Assembly (NCBI GenBank): GCA_965242965.1
Contig: OZ251518.1
Location: 2,169,838 to 2,233,837, forward strand
Length of the DNA: 64,000 bases
Source: Candidatus Poribacteria bacterium
Lineage (GTDB): Bacteria; Poribacteria; WGA-4E; WGA-3G
Direction of reading: 5' to 3'
Shown: positions 38,036-47,577 of the stretch, piece after piece
How positions within the stretch are numbered: position 1 is the stretch's first letter
Layout: each line of letters opens with the position of its first letter
The notes under the pieces: model-generated
Told to the model about the DNA's origin: nothing
Database searches by the model: none
What the model saw: only the letters and a program-made list of their open reading frames with translations
Made by a program: the position numbers and the translations under genes

Positions 38036-38734
38036 CTATTCGGCTAAACGTTTTATCACCTTTTGGATATCCTCCCACACTTCGCGCTTCGCGCTTGGAT
38101 TGCGGAGGAGATATGCGGGGTGATACGTCGGCATTATCACCGGCGCGTTGTCCCGTTGTCCCGCGACACCGTAGGGCTGAAACTCCCCCCGAAGTGCCGT
38201 GATACCCATCTTGGTATCCAGCAACAACTGCGCGGCGAAGCTGCCGAGGGCAACAATCACTTTCGGCTGAATGAGCTCAATTTGGCGTTCCAAATAGGGG
38301 CGACACATATCCACTTCATCGGAGGCTGGATTTCTGTTACCCGGCGGCCTGCACTTCAGCACGTTCGCGATATAGACATCGTCGCGCGTCTTCCCCATCC
38401 CTTTCACGATGATGTCTGTCAGCAATTTGCCGGCTCTGCCGACAAAAGGTTCTCCCTGCCTGTCTTCATCAGCACCGGGTGCCTCGCCGATAAACATCAG
38501 ATCAGCGTTCGGGTTCCCCACGCCGAAAACGACGGTATTTCGAGTTGCGTGAAGTCCACATCGGGTGCAGCCTTGGGCATCGGCATCTAACTGCCCCAAG
38601 TCTAACGTAGCGTAAGGAGATGCCTGCTGCGGTTCTTGTAGTTCGGTGATACCGAGTTCAAGTTGTTCTTGCACGTATTCCCTCACAGTGGCGACAAGTT
38701 GTAGGTATTCTTCTTTGAGGTTGTCTCTGTTCAT
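38036..38734 (-). CDS. uracil-DNA glycosylase, family 4
   Basis: [33 protein letters not shown] and HPAYLLRNP are family-4 UDG motifs. The start is set at the ATG at 38734 (MNRDNL). Confidence 0.85.
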   Translation of the reverse strand: MNRDNLKEEYLQLVATVREYVQEQLELGITELQEPQQASPYATLDLGQLDADAQGCTRCGLHATRNTVVFGVGNPNADLMFIGEAPGADEDRQGEPFVGRAGKLLTDIIVKGMGKTRDDVYIANVLKCRPPGNRNPASDEVDMCRPYLERQIELIQPKVIVALGSFAAQLLLDTKMGITALRGEFQPYGVAGQRDNAPVIMPTYHPAYLLRNPSAKREVWEDIQKVIKRLAE

Positions 38735-38739
38735 GGCGG

Positions 38740-39159
38740 CATGGCGAGGGACAGGCCCCCGCCCTACGATGAAAACGGACATGATGGCATGGCGAGGGAC
38801 AGGCCCACGCCCTACGATGAAAACGGACGTAGGAGAGACCTCCCGGTCTCGATGCATGGCGAGGGACAGGCCCTCACCCTACGATAAAAATGGACGCTGC
38901 AGCCCCACTCTGTAGAGCAAGAGCGCCTGCTCTTGACCCCGCGCCCTACGATAAAAACGGAAAAATACGTTCATGGCGGCATGGCGAGGGACAGGCCCGC
39001 GCCCTACGGTAACCAAACCGCCCCACTCTGTAGGGCAAGAGCGCCTGCTCTTGACCCCGCGCCCTACGATAAAAACGGACATGGCGGCATGGCGAGGGAC
39101 AGGCCCTCGCCCTACGATAGTGATGCGTTTCGTAGTGATGCGTTTCGTCTCTGAACGCA
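38740..39159. repeat. intergenic repeat block (family A units with CATGGCGGCATGGCGAGGGACAGGCCC heads, family D)
   Basis: Five GGCATGGCGAGGGACAGGCCC(N)CGCCCTACGATGAAAACGGAC-type units, including a near-tandem pair at 38744..38830. Confidence 0.75.
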
Positions 39160-40842
39160 TTAATTCCGGAGTTCATGGATTAAGGAGAGTCCATCGAACC
39201 ACGTGATATAGAGAAACAACGCTATCATGAGAACAACGCTGACGCGCTGAACCATGGCCTGCTTTTTCACACTGAGGGGCCGTCCTCGGATTTTCTCAAA
39301 AGCGAAAAACAGGAGTTGTCCGCCATCTGCGATGGGAATCGGTAACAAATTCACGATGCAGAGGTTAATGCTGATGAATCCGATGAAAAAGAGCGCGCTG
39401 GCGAAGCCCATCTCAAACATGCGGCTCGTTACATTCGCAATGCCGATGGGGCCCGTGAGGAATTTCGGCGAAACCTCTTGGCTGATGAGCTGCCGCAGCG
39501 TCCGTCCGATAGACTCCACCGTTAGCCACGATGCCTCAACTCCCTTTCCGAGTGCGGTAAACGTATCATACGTCGGCAAGTCTCGCGGCGGGGGCCCGAA
39601 TGTCATGCCGCTGAGCGTTGCACTCCAGCCGAACCCATACGGCACGCCTGTGGCTTCAGCTACCTCGTCTGTCTCCCTTGTGCGCGGTAAGAGCTCCACA
39701 GTCTCCTTCTGTCCATCGCGAATCACACCGAGTGCAACGCGTTCGCCAGCCGCCCATAATTGCGTTGAGAGCATCGCATTCTCCACCGTATTTCCGTTGA
39801 GGCTGACTAGCGTGTCACCGGCGTAAACACCGGCACCGTCGCCTTCGGGGTGCACTACCGCGGTGAGTTCCCACTGCACCGGCATTTTTACCACCATCGC
39901 GGTATCGCCGCGCCGAATGCCGAGGTGGAGTTCATCGGGGTGCTGCTGAATGGTGTGGTAGAGTTCTTGATAATACCTTGAAATCCAATTCGCCTCCGGG
40001 TGCCAAATCTGCGAATCAAACCGAGGCACGTTGTAGATTTTTTGCCCATTGATTGTTTCTACCCGGTCACCGACTTGGATGCCGACTTGGGCAGCTAGAC
40101 TCCCCTCGGCTACATCAGTCACCATGGCTTTGCTAATGCTACTCACCTGAAGGACACCGCTGTCGCCGCGCGCGCCGCGGACACCTTCGGGGACAACAGT
40201 GTAAGTCTTCTCGGTGCCGTTCCGTTCCACAGTGACTTCAAGTTCCTGTTCGGGGCTCGTAAAAATGCGGGTGTGGAACGCCGTCCAATTTTCAATAGGT
40301 GTGCCGTTGATAGTTTTGATGATGTCCCCGGATTTCAATCCGCCGCGTCCCCCCGGTCCTTCTGGCGCGACTGTGCCGAGTTGAACAGCCTCTTTTTCGG
40401 TGCCGATTTGCTGGCCTATCAGCCGCTCAATGAAGGTGGCAGAGGAGTTGTCCAAACCGAAGCTGAAAACCAGCCAGAATGCGAGCACGCCAAATATCAG
40501 ATTGACAGCGGGTCCTGCTGCGACGACAAACGCACGGTTGCCGAGCGACGCGCTGCCGAATTCGCCGCGCGCGCCTGTCTGCTCAGTCGGGTTCTCACCC
40601 TCCATCATGACGTAGCCGCCGAAGGGCAGCACCGAGAGCCGATATTCCGTTCCGCCGTATTCAATCCCAAACAATTTCGGGCCGAACCCGATAGAGAAGA
40701 TGTTTACCTTAATCCCAGCCCGCTTTGCGGCGAGAAAGTGTCCGAGTTCGTGGATAAAGATCAGAAACCCGAGCGGGATAATCGCAAGCAGCACCGTTTT
40801 CAGTTTTGGAAGAATTGTCATGATTGGTTCTACAAGTTCCAT
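39160..40842 (-). CDS. rseP: RIP metalloprotease RseP (site-2 protease, M50) with multiple PDZ domains
   Basis: HELGHFLAAK (HExxH) in the first TM segment and NLLPIPIADGG (LDG motif) near the C-terminus; 560 aa. Confidence 0.85.
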   Translation of the reverse strand: MELVEPIMTILPKLKTVLLAIIPLGFLIFIHELGHFLAAKRAGIKVNIFSIGFGPKLFGIEYGGTEYRLSVLPFGGYVMMEGENPTEQTGARGEFGSASLGNRAFVVAAGPAVNLIFGVLAFWLVFSFGLDNSSATFIERLIGQQIGTEKEAVQLGTVAPEGPGGRGGLKSGDIIKTINGTPIENWTAFHTRIFTSPEQELEVTVERNGTEKTYTVVPEGVRGARGDSGVLQVSSISKAMVTDVAEGSLAAQVGIQVGDRVETINGQKIYNVPRFDSQIWHPEANWISRYYQELYHTIQQHPDELHLGIRRGDTAMVVKMPVQWELTAVVHPEGDGAGVYAGDTLVSLNGNTVENAMLSTQLWAAGERVALGVIRDGQKETVELLPRTRETDEVAEATGVPYGFGWSATLSGMTFGPPPRDLPTYDTFTALGKGVEASWLTVESIGRTLRQLISQEVSPKFLTGPIGIANVTSRMFEMGFASALFFIGFISINLCIVNLLPIPIADGGQLLFFAFEKIRGRPLSVKKQAMVQRVSVVLMIALFLYITWFDGLSLIHELRN

Positions 40843-40857
40843 GGGTGTTTCACCTCG

Positions 40858-42030
40858 TTATGTATTGTTCTGTTTTTTGATGCATTCGCGTGCCGCCGAT
40901 TTCGCCCATGCATCAACGGCAAGAATGTCGTCAAGGTTGGGATGCGGAATCACGGCGTGTTTATCCATAACGCTTCGCAGAATGGCGGGGATATCCGTAA
41001 ACCGGATGCGGTTTTCTAGGAAAGCGTCTACCACCACCTCATCTGCGCTACTCAGGACGACAGGGAGGGTGCCGCCGACTTCCGCCGCGGTATACGCCAG
41101 CGCGATGCACGGGAACTTGCCTGCATCCACCGGTTCAAAGTGAAGCGTTCGCGCCGCAAGCAAATCTAAACGCGGCACCGGCGTAGCAAGCCGCCGAGGA
41201 TAGGTTAATGCAAACTGAATCATGATGCGCATATCCGTTGCCCCTAACTGCGCAAGCGTGGAACCGTCTGTCCACTCCACCATAGAATGGACAATGCTCT
41301 CCCGATGCACTACAATGTTAATTTTTGACAACGGCACATCAAACAGCCACTTCGCCTCGATGACTTCTAGTCCTTTGTTCATCATCGTTGCGGAGTCGAT
41401 GGTAATTTTTGCCCCCATATCCCAGTTCGGATGCCGAAGTGCTTGTTGCGGGGTGACGTTCCGCAGTGCTTCCTTCGGCATTTCGCGAAACGGCCCGCCG
41501 GATGCGGTAATCAGGAGTTGATGAATGTCCGCCTGCCGTTCGCGCTGTCCCTCTAGGCATTGGAAAATCGCGCTCATTTCGCCATCAATAGGGATTAAGT
41601 TAACCCCGTTGACACGCACCGCCTCCATCACGAGTTGTCCGCACATCACCATCACCTCTTTGTTCACAAAGGCGATGTCTTTGCCTGCGTTAATCGCCGC
41701 CAATGTAGGGAGCAACCCGGCACTGCCGCCGATGCCTTCTAACACCTGTGCTGCTTCAGACATCGTCGCGACGGCGTGGAGTCCTTCAGGGCCGGCGAGC
41801 ACCTCCGTGGTGTTCATGTCGCGGAGTCGTTCGCGTAATTGTGCTGCCGCCGCGGGTTCGTTTAAAGCTGCCACTTTCGGGCGATGCGTCCGAATCTGTG
41901 CTTCAAGGGTATCAACGTCTTGATTCGCGGCGAGCCCGACGACGCTGAATTCATCAGGATGTGTTTCAATGACGCTGAGCGCGTTCTTTCCGATGGAACC
42001 GGTGCTACCCAGAATGGCGATGTGTTTCAT
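40858..42030 (-). CDS. dxr: 1-deoxy-D-xylulose 5-phosphate reductoisomerase
   Basis: MKHIAILGSTGSIGKNALSVI N-terminus and a conserved Dxr core. Confidence 0.9.
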   Translation of the reverse strand: MKHIAILGSTGSIGKNALSVIETHPDEFSVVGLAANQDVDTLEAQIRTHRPKVAALNEPAAAAQLRERLRDMNTTEVLAGPEGLHAVATMSEAAQVLEGIGGSAGLLPTLAAINAGKDIAFVNKEVMVMCGQLVMEAVRVNGVNLIPIDGEMSAIFQCLEGQRERQADIHQLLITASGGPFREMPKEALRNVTPQQALRHPNWDMGAKITIDSATMMNKGLEVIEAKWLFDVPLSKINIVVHRESIVHSMVEWTDGSTLAQLGATDMRIMIQFALTYPRRLATPVPRLDLLAARTLHFEPVDAGKFPCIALAYTAAEVGGTLPVVLSSADEVVVDAFLENRIRFTDIPAILRSVMDKHAVIPHPNLDDILAVDAWAKSAARECIKKQNNT

Positions 42031-42860
42031 AAGAGCGTCAATTCCATGTAATAATAGAGGACAGGCGTGCTAAAGATTAAACTGTCGCATCTGTCAAGGA
42101 ATCCGCCATGTCCGGGGATGACATCGCCAGAATCTTTGACACCGGCGGTGCGCTTGACGAGGGATGCGCTCAGATCTCCGAGTTGTCCCAGCGCGCTCAA
42201 TATCAGTCCAATGAATGCGGCGTTCACCAATGAGAGTGTTTCGCGTAAGAGCGTCGCGCCGAATGCCAGGCCCACCAATGTCCCCAAAACGAGCCCGGCG
42301 ATAGTGCCTTCGACCGTTTTGCGTGGGCTAATCGGCGTGCCGAGTCTATGTTTACCGATGGCTCTGCCGATGAGATAGGCACCGGTGTCACTACCCCAAA
42401 TTGTTCCTGCTAAGAGGAAGATGAGTTGTCTGCCTATCTCGTCGGTGTTGCGCAGCAGGATAAGATGGTAGCCGACTCCCCATCCGATGATGAGAATGCC
42501 TGTCAACTTTAAGGCGACGGTTCCCAATTCGCCAGCCACTTTTCCGCTAAAGATGCTTTCGGCGAAAACATAGATATGGATACCTGTCAAAAAAGCGAGC
42601 AGGATAAGCGGCGTGTCCAAGCGTTGCGCGAAGAATGCCAGGAAACAGAATGCCACCGTGAGCATCACAGGCATCACGGGATTCACCCCTAGTGTCGCTT
42701 TCGGTTCCGCCTTCACTGGGCGCGCGAGTCTGCAGTACTCCACCTGCATCGCCGATGCAGCCGCAGACACGAGGATAAGGAACAGCCATTCTCCGTGATA
42801 AATAATCAGGAGGACAAGCGGAACCAGCACAACAATACTCAGGGCTCGCCGCCAAAACAT
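42027..42860 (-). CDS. cdsA: phosphatidate cytidylyltransferase
   Basis: Polytopic membrane protein ending in the CdsA signature GHGGFLDRCDSLIFSTP. Confidence 0.85.
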   Translation of the reverse strand: MFWRRALSIVVLVPLVLLIIYHGEWLFLILVSAAASAMQVEYCRLARPVKAEPKATLGVNPVMPVMLTVAFCFLAFFAQRLDTPLILLAFLTGIHIYVFAESIFSGKVAGELGTVALKLTGILIIGWGVGYHLILLRNTDEIGRQLIFLLAGTIWGSDTGAYLIGRAIGKHRLGTPISPRKTVEGTIAGLVLGTLVGLAFGATLLRETLSLVNAAFIGLILSALGQLGDLSASLVKRTAGVKDSGDVIPGHGGFLDRCDSLIFSTPVLYYYMELTLL

Positions 42861-42939
42861 AGTTTTCTTCCGCCGTTCACCCCCGCGTGTGGGGCTGCTT
42901 CCTTTCCTGCTTCGTGCGTTCGTGCGTCGGTTGCGATGG

Positions 42940-43527
42940 CTAAGTTTCTAACAGCTCCGCTTCCTTCGCTTCAGTGAGTTGGTTAATCTCGTTGATGTAG
43001 GTATCCGTGAGCTGCTGGACCGGGTCTGCGTCGGCGCGTCCGCCCTTTCTATCGCCACCTCGCCCCCGACTTTTGCGTCCAGTTGTCCCGGTATCGGTGC
43101 CTTCCAGTTTTTTGAGGGCATCGTTCGCGTCGCGGCGGATGTTGCGGATTGCGACGCGGCCCTCCTCCGCCAATTTGCGCACAACCTTGGTCAACTCCCG
43201 CCGGCGTTCAGTGGTGAGTTCGGGAACCAAGATGCGGATAACGCTGCCATCATTGCTCGGTGAGAGCCCTAAGTCAGAAAGGGCTATCGCTTTCTCAATT
43301 TCTTTAAGGAGCGTTTTGTCCCATGGCTGAATGACGAGGAGCCGCGGCTCGGGTGTCGTCACTGTGCCTACCTGGTTAAGCGGGCTTTTGCTACCGTAAT
43401 AATTCACGGTAACCTGGTCCAGGAGCGCGGAGGTGGCCCGCCCGGTTTGCACATGCGACAGTTTTGTCGCCGTTGCCTCCACGGTTTTCTTCATCCGGGA
43501 CTCAGTCTGTTGCAAAACTTGTTGCAT
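42940..43527 (-). CDS. frr: ribosome recycling factor with a Gly/Arg-rich insertion near the C-terminus
   Basis: VTVNYYGSKSPLNQVGTVTTPEPRLLVIQPWDK...AIRNIRRDAND is canonical RRF. The insert GTDTGTTGRKSRGRGGDRKGGRADAD replaces the usual acidic helix segment. Confidence 0.85.
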   Translation of the reverse strand: MQQVLQQTESRMKKTVEATATKLSHVQTGRATSALLDQVTVNYYGSKSPLNQVGTVTTPEPRLLVIQPWDKTLLKEIEKAIALSDLGLSPSNDGSVIRILVPELTTERRRELTKVVRKLAEEGRVAIRNIRRDANDALKKLEGTDTGTTGRKSRGRGGDRKGGRADADPVQQLTDTYINEINQLTEAKEAELLET

Positions 43528-43770
43528 TTGAATGAACCTCAACGAATCGACGCGCGCTGGAAGCGTATCCTAAATGAACCTGACTCTTCTCGTTGCTGTA
43601 GGTGGAGATGAGTTCGCTGGCACTTGACACGTTCGGATGCGTTTAGCATGCATACCAGCGACTCAGGTTCATTTAGTATCACCTCTAGAGGAAAGTCTCA
43701 AGCGATTTCTTTCCTTTAGGCGTAAGCGGTGTCTGTCCGCCATTCCGCCATTTCCACGCGCGGTACGGGT

Positions 43771-44364
43771 TTACTGTCCAAGGACATAGAGGACAAAGCG
43801 TTTGACGACGATATTCTCGCCGAGTTGGGCGATTGCGTCTTTAACCAGGTCCTCGATAGTCTTGTCGGTATCGCGAATGTAGGGCTGCTGGAGCAGGCAG
43901 GTTTCCGAGTAGTATTTAGCGATGCGCCCTTCAACGATGCGCTCGGCGATGTGTTCGGGTTTGCCCTCCTGCACCGCCTGCGTTTTCAGAATCGCCTTTT
44001 CGGCTTCCAATTCCTCGGCGGGGACTTCTTCCGCGCTAACATACTTCGGCTTGGCGGCGGCGACTTGCATCGCTATCTCCTTCGCTAAGCCTTGGAACTG
44101 CTCCGTCCGCGCGACGAAATCGGTCTCGCAATTCAATTCGACTAACGTGCCGACGCGGTTGCCGGGGTGGATATAAGAGACGATTAAACCTTCCTCGGTA
44201 GCCCTACCGCCTTTGACTTCGGAGGCTTTCAATCCCTGTTCCCGCAACTTCTGAATTGCCTTATCCATGTCGCCGTCCGTTTCTGCTAGTGCCTTTTTGC
44301 AATCCATAATACCGGCACCAGTGCGCGAACGGAGCTCACTCACCATTTTTGCTGTAATTTCCAT
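43771..44364 (-). CDS. tsf: elongation factor Ts (short form)
   Basis: ITAKMVSELRSRTGAGIMDCKKALAETDGDMDKAIQKLREQG is the EF-Ts N-terminal UBA-like domain. Confidence 0.9.
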   Translation of the reverse strand: MEITAKMVSELRSRTGAGIMDCKKALAETDGDMDKAIQKLREQGLKASEVKGGRATEEGLIVSYIHPGNRVGTLVELNCETDFVARTEQFQGLAKEIAMQVAAAKPKYVSAEEVPAEELEAEKAILKTQAVQEGKPEHIAERIVEGRIAKYYSETCLLQQPYIRDTDKTIEDLVKDAIAQLGENIVVKRFVLYVLGQ

Positions 44365-44451
44365 ATTTTCTCCAATGAACGCGCTGTGGGTGCGCGCAAT
44401 TCGATTGCGCGCACAGCCAAGCGGATTTGTGCGCGCAACTTCCGGGCATCC

Positions 44452-45360
44452 TTACCCCTGCCTTCTGGGGGCTCTGTTTCTCCGACGCTGGCGAGGTTGA
44501 CGAGGCTGACGGGTGGGCCGTTGTTCGCCGTCCCCGATTGCCTCCGGTTCTGCGGACCGATCGGCTTCTGTCAGCATCGCGGCACTCTCTTCTTCATGCC
44601 GTTCAGTCGCTGCAACGACATCTACCGACGATGCTTCTTCCAAAAGCGTGCTAGGTTCGGAGACTTGCGCGCCTTCCAATGCGTCCCCGCGCCCTTCAAT
44701 CACTGCATCCGCCATGACTTGGCAGATGAGGCCGATGGAGCGGATAGCATCATCGTTTCCTGGAACCGGCAGATCAATCGGGTCCGGATCGCAGTTAGTA
44801 TCAACGATGGCGATAATCGGGATACCCAGTTTATTCGCTTCGGCGACAGCGGTGTGTTCCTTCCGCGTATCCGTCACGAAAACGACATCGGGTAGCCGCC
44901 GCATCTCTCTGATGCCGCTGAGGTTGTTGTTCAGCTTGCCCTTCTCGCGTCGGAGCCGCATCACCTCTTTTTTCGGCATCTGGTCGAACAGTCCGTTCGC
45001 TTCGTCGGCATCGAGTTGGGATAGCCGGTTGACGCTCTTCCTGATGGTTTGGAAGTTAGTCAGCATGCCGCCTAACCAGCGGTGATTGACGTGATACATC
45101 GCGCATCGGCCTGCTTGCGCCTTGACTGCTTCTTGGGATTGCCGCTTCGTTCCGACGAACAGCATGCCGCCGCCGCGCGAGGCGATGTCTTGCACGAAGG
45201 CTACGGCCGTTTCCAGCATGCCGAGCGTCTTTTGCAAGTCAATGATATAAATCCCGTTCCGTTCGGCGAAAATGTATTCCGCCATTTTCGGGTTCCAGCG
45301 GCGGGTTTGGTGCCCAAAGTGAACTCCGCATTCCAGGAGCTCTTTCATTGTAACTGCCAA
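44452..45360 (-). CDS. rpsB: 30S ribosomal protein S2 with basic/acidic C-terminal extension
   Basis: [26 protein letters not shown] is the canonical S2 N-terminus; 302 aa. Confidence 0.9.
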   Translation of the reverse strand: MAVTMKELLECGVHFGHQTRRWNPKMAEYIFAERNGIYIIDLQKTLGMLETAVAFVQDIASRGGGMLFVGTKRQSQEAVKAQAGRCAMYHVNHRWLGGMLTNFQTIRKSVNRLSQLDADEANGLFDQMPKKEVMRLRREKGKLNNNLSGIREMRRLPDVVFVTDTRKEHTAVAEANKLGIPIIAIVDTNCDPDPIDLPVPGNDDAIRSIGLICQVMADAVIEGRGDALEGAQVSEPSTLLEEASSVDVVAATERHEEESAAMLTEADRSAEPEAIGDGEQRPTRQPRQPRQRRRNRAPRRQG

Positions 45361-45914
45361 AGTAACCTCCTCATAGCGCGCAATCGCGGCACGCCTATGG
45401 GGTTTGCAGGCATTGTCTTAAGCAACACCTGCTGGGTTTTCACATCCACCTCTTTCATATTTGCAACAGACTCTCAAGGATACGAGAGAACCCGCTGTGC
45501 AAATCGGGAGGTGTGTCGTTTGAATAATGCGTTGCGCCAAATTGCAACACTTTGGACGCTTTTATTCGCGCCATTAATATTTTACCACAAAAATGTTGCA
45601 ATTGCAAGTAAACTTTTCATGATGGACGCAAATGCAAATTCTCCGCCGATAGACAGCGTTTCAACTTGTTCAGCATCCATTCTATTTTTATATCATAAAT
45701 TTCATTGCATTGTCAAGAAAAATCTTAAAAAATATGGTTATCAACCTCAAGGTTGGATTTCACGTCTAATTATTAAGAGTGTTTCATAAGTCCATTTCGG
45801 CATTTATCCCGCCTTGGAGAGCAGGCGAATATCAGAAGGCATCGGGCCCACCTCTGTAGTTCGGGAACGCCCGCTCCCGAACGGGTCAGGATCTGGCGAT
45901 CCTCACCTACAGGG

Positions 45915-47021
45915 GTGATGCAGTCTGCTATTAAGGCTTTAGGGAGGAAAAAACGCAAATTGCAAGAATTTATTCAACGGGAGAGATGGCAGCGGCTGCT
46001 CAACCCCATCGCGGCGCACTTCCAGACATCCCCAAACGCGATTCAGATTGAGGCAATCCAGCACGGGACTCGGCTGAGAGAGAACGTCTGCCGCCTCATC
46101 ATCGGCAAGGAAAGTTACTTGCTAAAACAGCATGACGTGACCGCACCGGCTGTTGAAGCGGGACATACGCCTATCCAGATTGAGGCTACCGTGTTATCCA
46201 CGTTGCACCGAAGTGGCTGCCGCGTTCCCAAGGTGATTTGGAAATCCGAACCCTTGCATGCGTTGCTATTGGCATGGTGCGGCGAGAACACGTTGGATTC
46301 CATTGCGCAACGTCATCGGGATGCGCATGCCCCAGCGGTTGTCTGGCGTGTGCTAAAAGAATTGTGTCAGATGGAGACACGTTTTGTGGAAAACGCCGAA
46401 TTTCTCAAACCTTACGTATTCGGTTTTGATAGCCGTGCGACTTTGGAACGCTTGTTGGAACAAGGGAAAAGGACGCTCGGTTATCTGCTAACTTCCGCTG
46501 ACCACAATGTCCAAAACGCGTGGCACGCGCTTTCTGTCCGCTTATTGGATGCCCCAACGACCTTAGGCACGCTGGACTACAATGCCCGTAACGTTGTCCT
46601 CGCCGGCGCGGAACCGACGTTTATTGATTTCGGGAGCATCGGTTGGGATTGGCAGGAGAGGCGGCTCGTGCAACTCTTCAATAGTATCGGTGCCTTCACA
46701 GAAGGCGCGAATTTTGTCTCACTGCTAGACAAAGAGCTGGTTCACCATTACGCGACGTGGGTTGCGACGCACCGAGAAACCTGTTCGCCTTCGGACATCG
46801 CGGCGCGGGTAGATGCACATCATCTGTTGCTTTACTTGTCGGTGGTGCATCGGCTTTTGCGAGTGGTAGTGCGTCCTGAAACGGTGGACAGTCAGATGCT
46901 TCTGCATGCTTGGGGAGATGCGCGTGCCAGATTTCAACGCGCACTCACGTTGATTGCCACCGCCGATTTAAGCGATGATGGTGACATCGGCCGAATTCGG
47001 GACATGATTCGCCAGAGATGA
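45915..47021 (+). CDS. phosphotransferase-family protein (APH/choline-kinase-like protein kinase fold)
   Basis: LGTLDYNARNVVLAGAEPTFIDFGSIGWDWQERRL resembles the APH catalytic-loop/DFG-like region (D.N..N...FID). Confidence 0.55.
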   Translation: MMQSAIKALGRKKRKLQEFIQRERWQRLLNPIAAHFQTSPNAIQIEAIQHGTRLRENVCRLIIGKESYLLKQHDVTAPAVEAGHTPIQIEATVLSTLHRSGCRVPKVIWKSEPLHALLLAWCGENTLDSIAQRHRDAHAPAVVWRVLKELCQMETRFVENAEFLKPYVFGFDSRATLERLLEQGKRTLGYLLTSADHNVQNAWHALSVRLLDAPTTLGTLDYNARNVVLAGAEPTFIDFGSIGWDWQERRLVQLFNSIGAFTEGANFVSLLDKELVHHYATWVATHRETCSPSDIAARVDAHHLLLYLSVVHRLLRVVVRPETVDSQMLLHAWGDARARFQRALTLIATADLSDDGDIGRIRDMIRQR

Positions 47022-47577
47022 GCAGGATATGAGCAGGATTTATACAAGATTAGCACGATTAGGAGCAGGATTTACGAGATTTACAGGATTTCACAGGATT
47101 AGGTCTCTGGTGCGCTGGCGCGGTTGTGGACTGCCACGGGGTGTTCGATGCATCAGCATCTATAATCGTGGTAAATCGTGATAATCGTGTAAATCCTGCT
47201 TCAGACGATTGGCATAGCGAGGGACAGGCCCTCGCCCTACGGTGAACGGAAACGGCATTGCAAACCGTAGCGCGGGGGCCTGTCCCCCGCGATCGTTCGA
47301 CCCGCGCGAAAAACACCTCTTCAGAAGCTCTGCAGCGGTTTATCTCTGTAGGACAAGAGCACCTGCTCTGGATCCGTTCGGGAGCGGGTGCTCCCGAACT
47401 ACAGATCCGGGACATGAGCACGATCGCGGGGGACAGGCCCCCGCGCTACGGGCCAGGACGAAAAAAACGCGGGGGACAGGCCCCCGCGCTACGGTACCTA
47501 AACCACCTCTGTAGGGCAAGAGCACCTGCTCTTGCCCATTGCGATCGGGCGATCGCAACCTACAGAGGCGATGAGGA
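47022..47577. repeat. intergenic repeat block: family-F 9-bp repeat arms in inverted arrangement plus family A/D units
   Basis: 47025..47100 carries (GAGCAGGATT, TACAAGATT, AGCACGATT, TTACGAGATT, TACAGGATT, TCACAGGATT); 47160..47195 carries the inverse (AATCGTGATAATCGTGTAAATCCTGC). Family-A and family-D units follow at 47205..47575. Confidence 0.75.
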
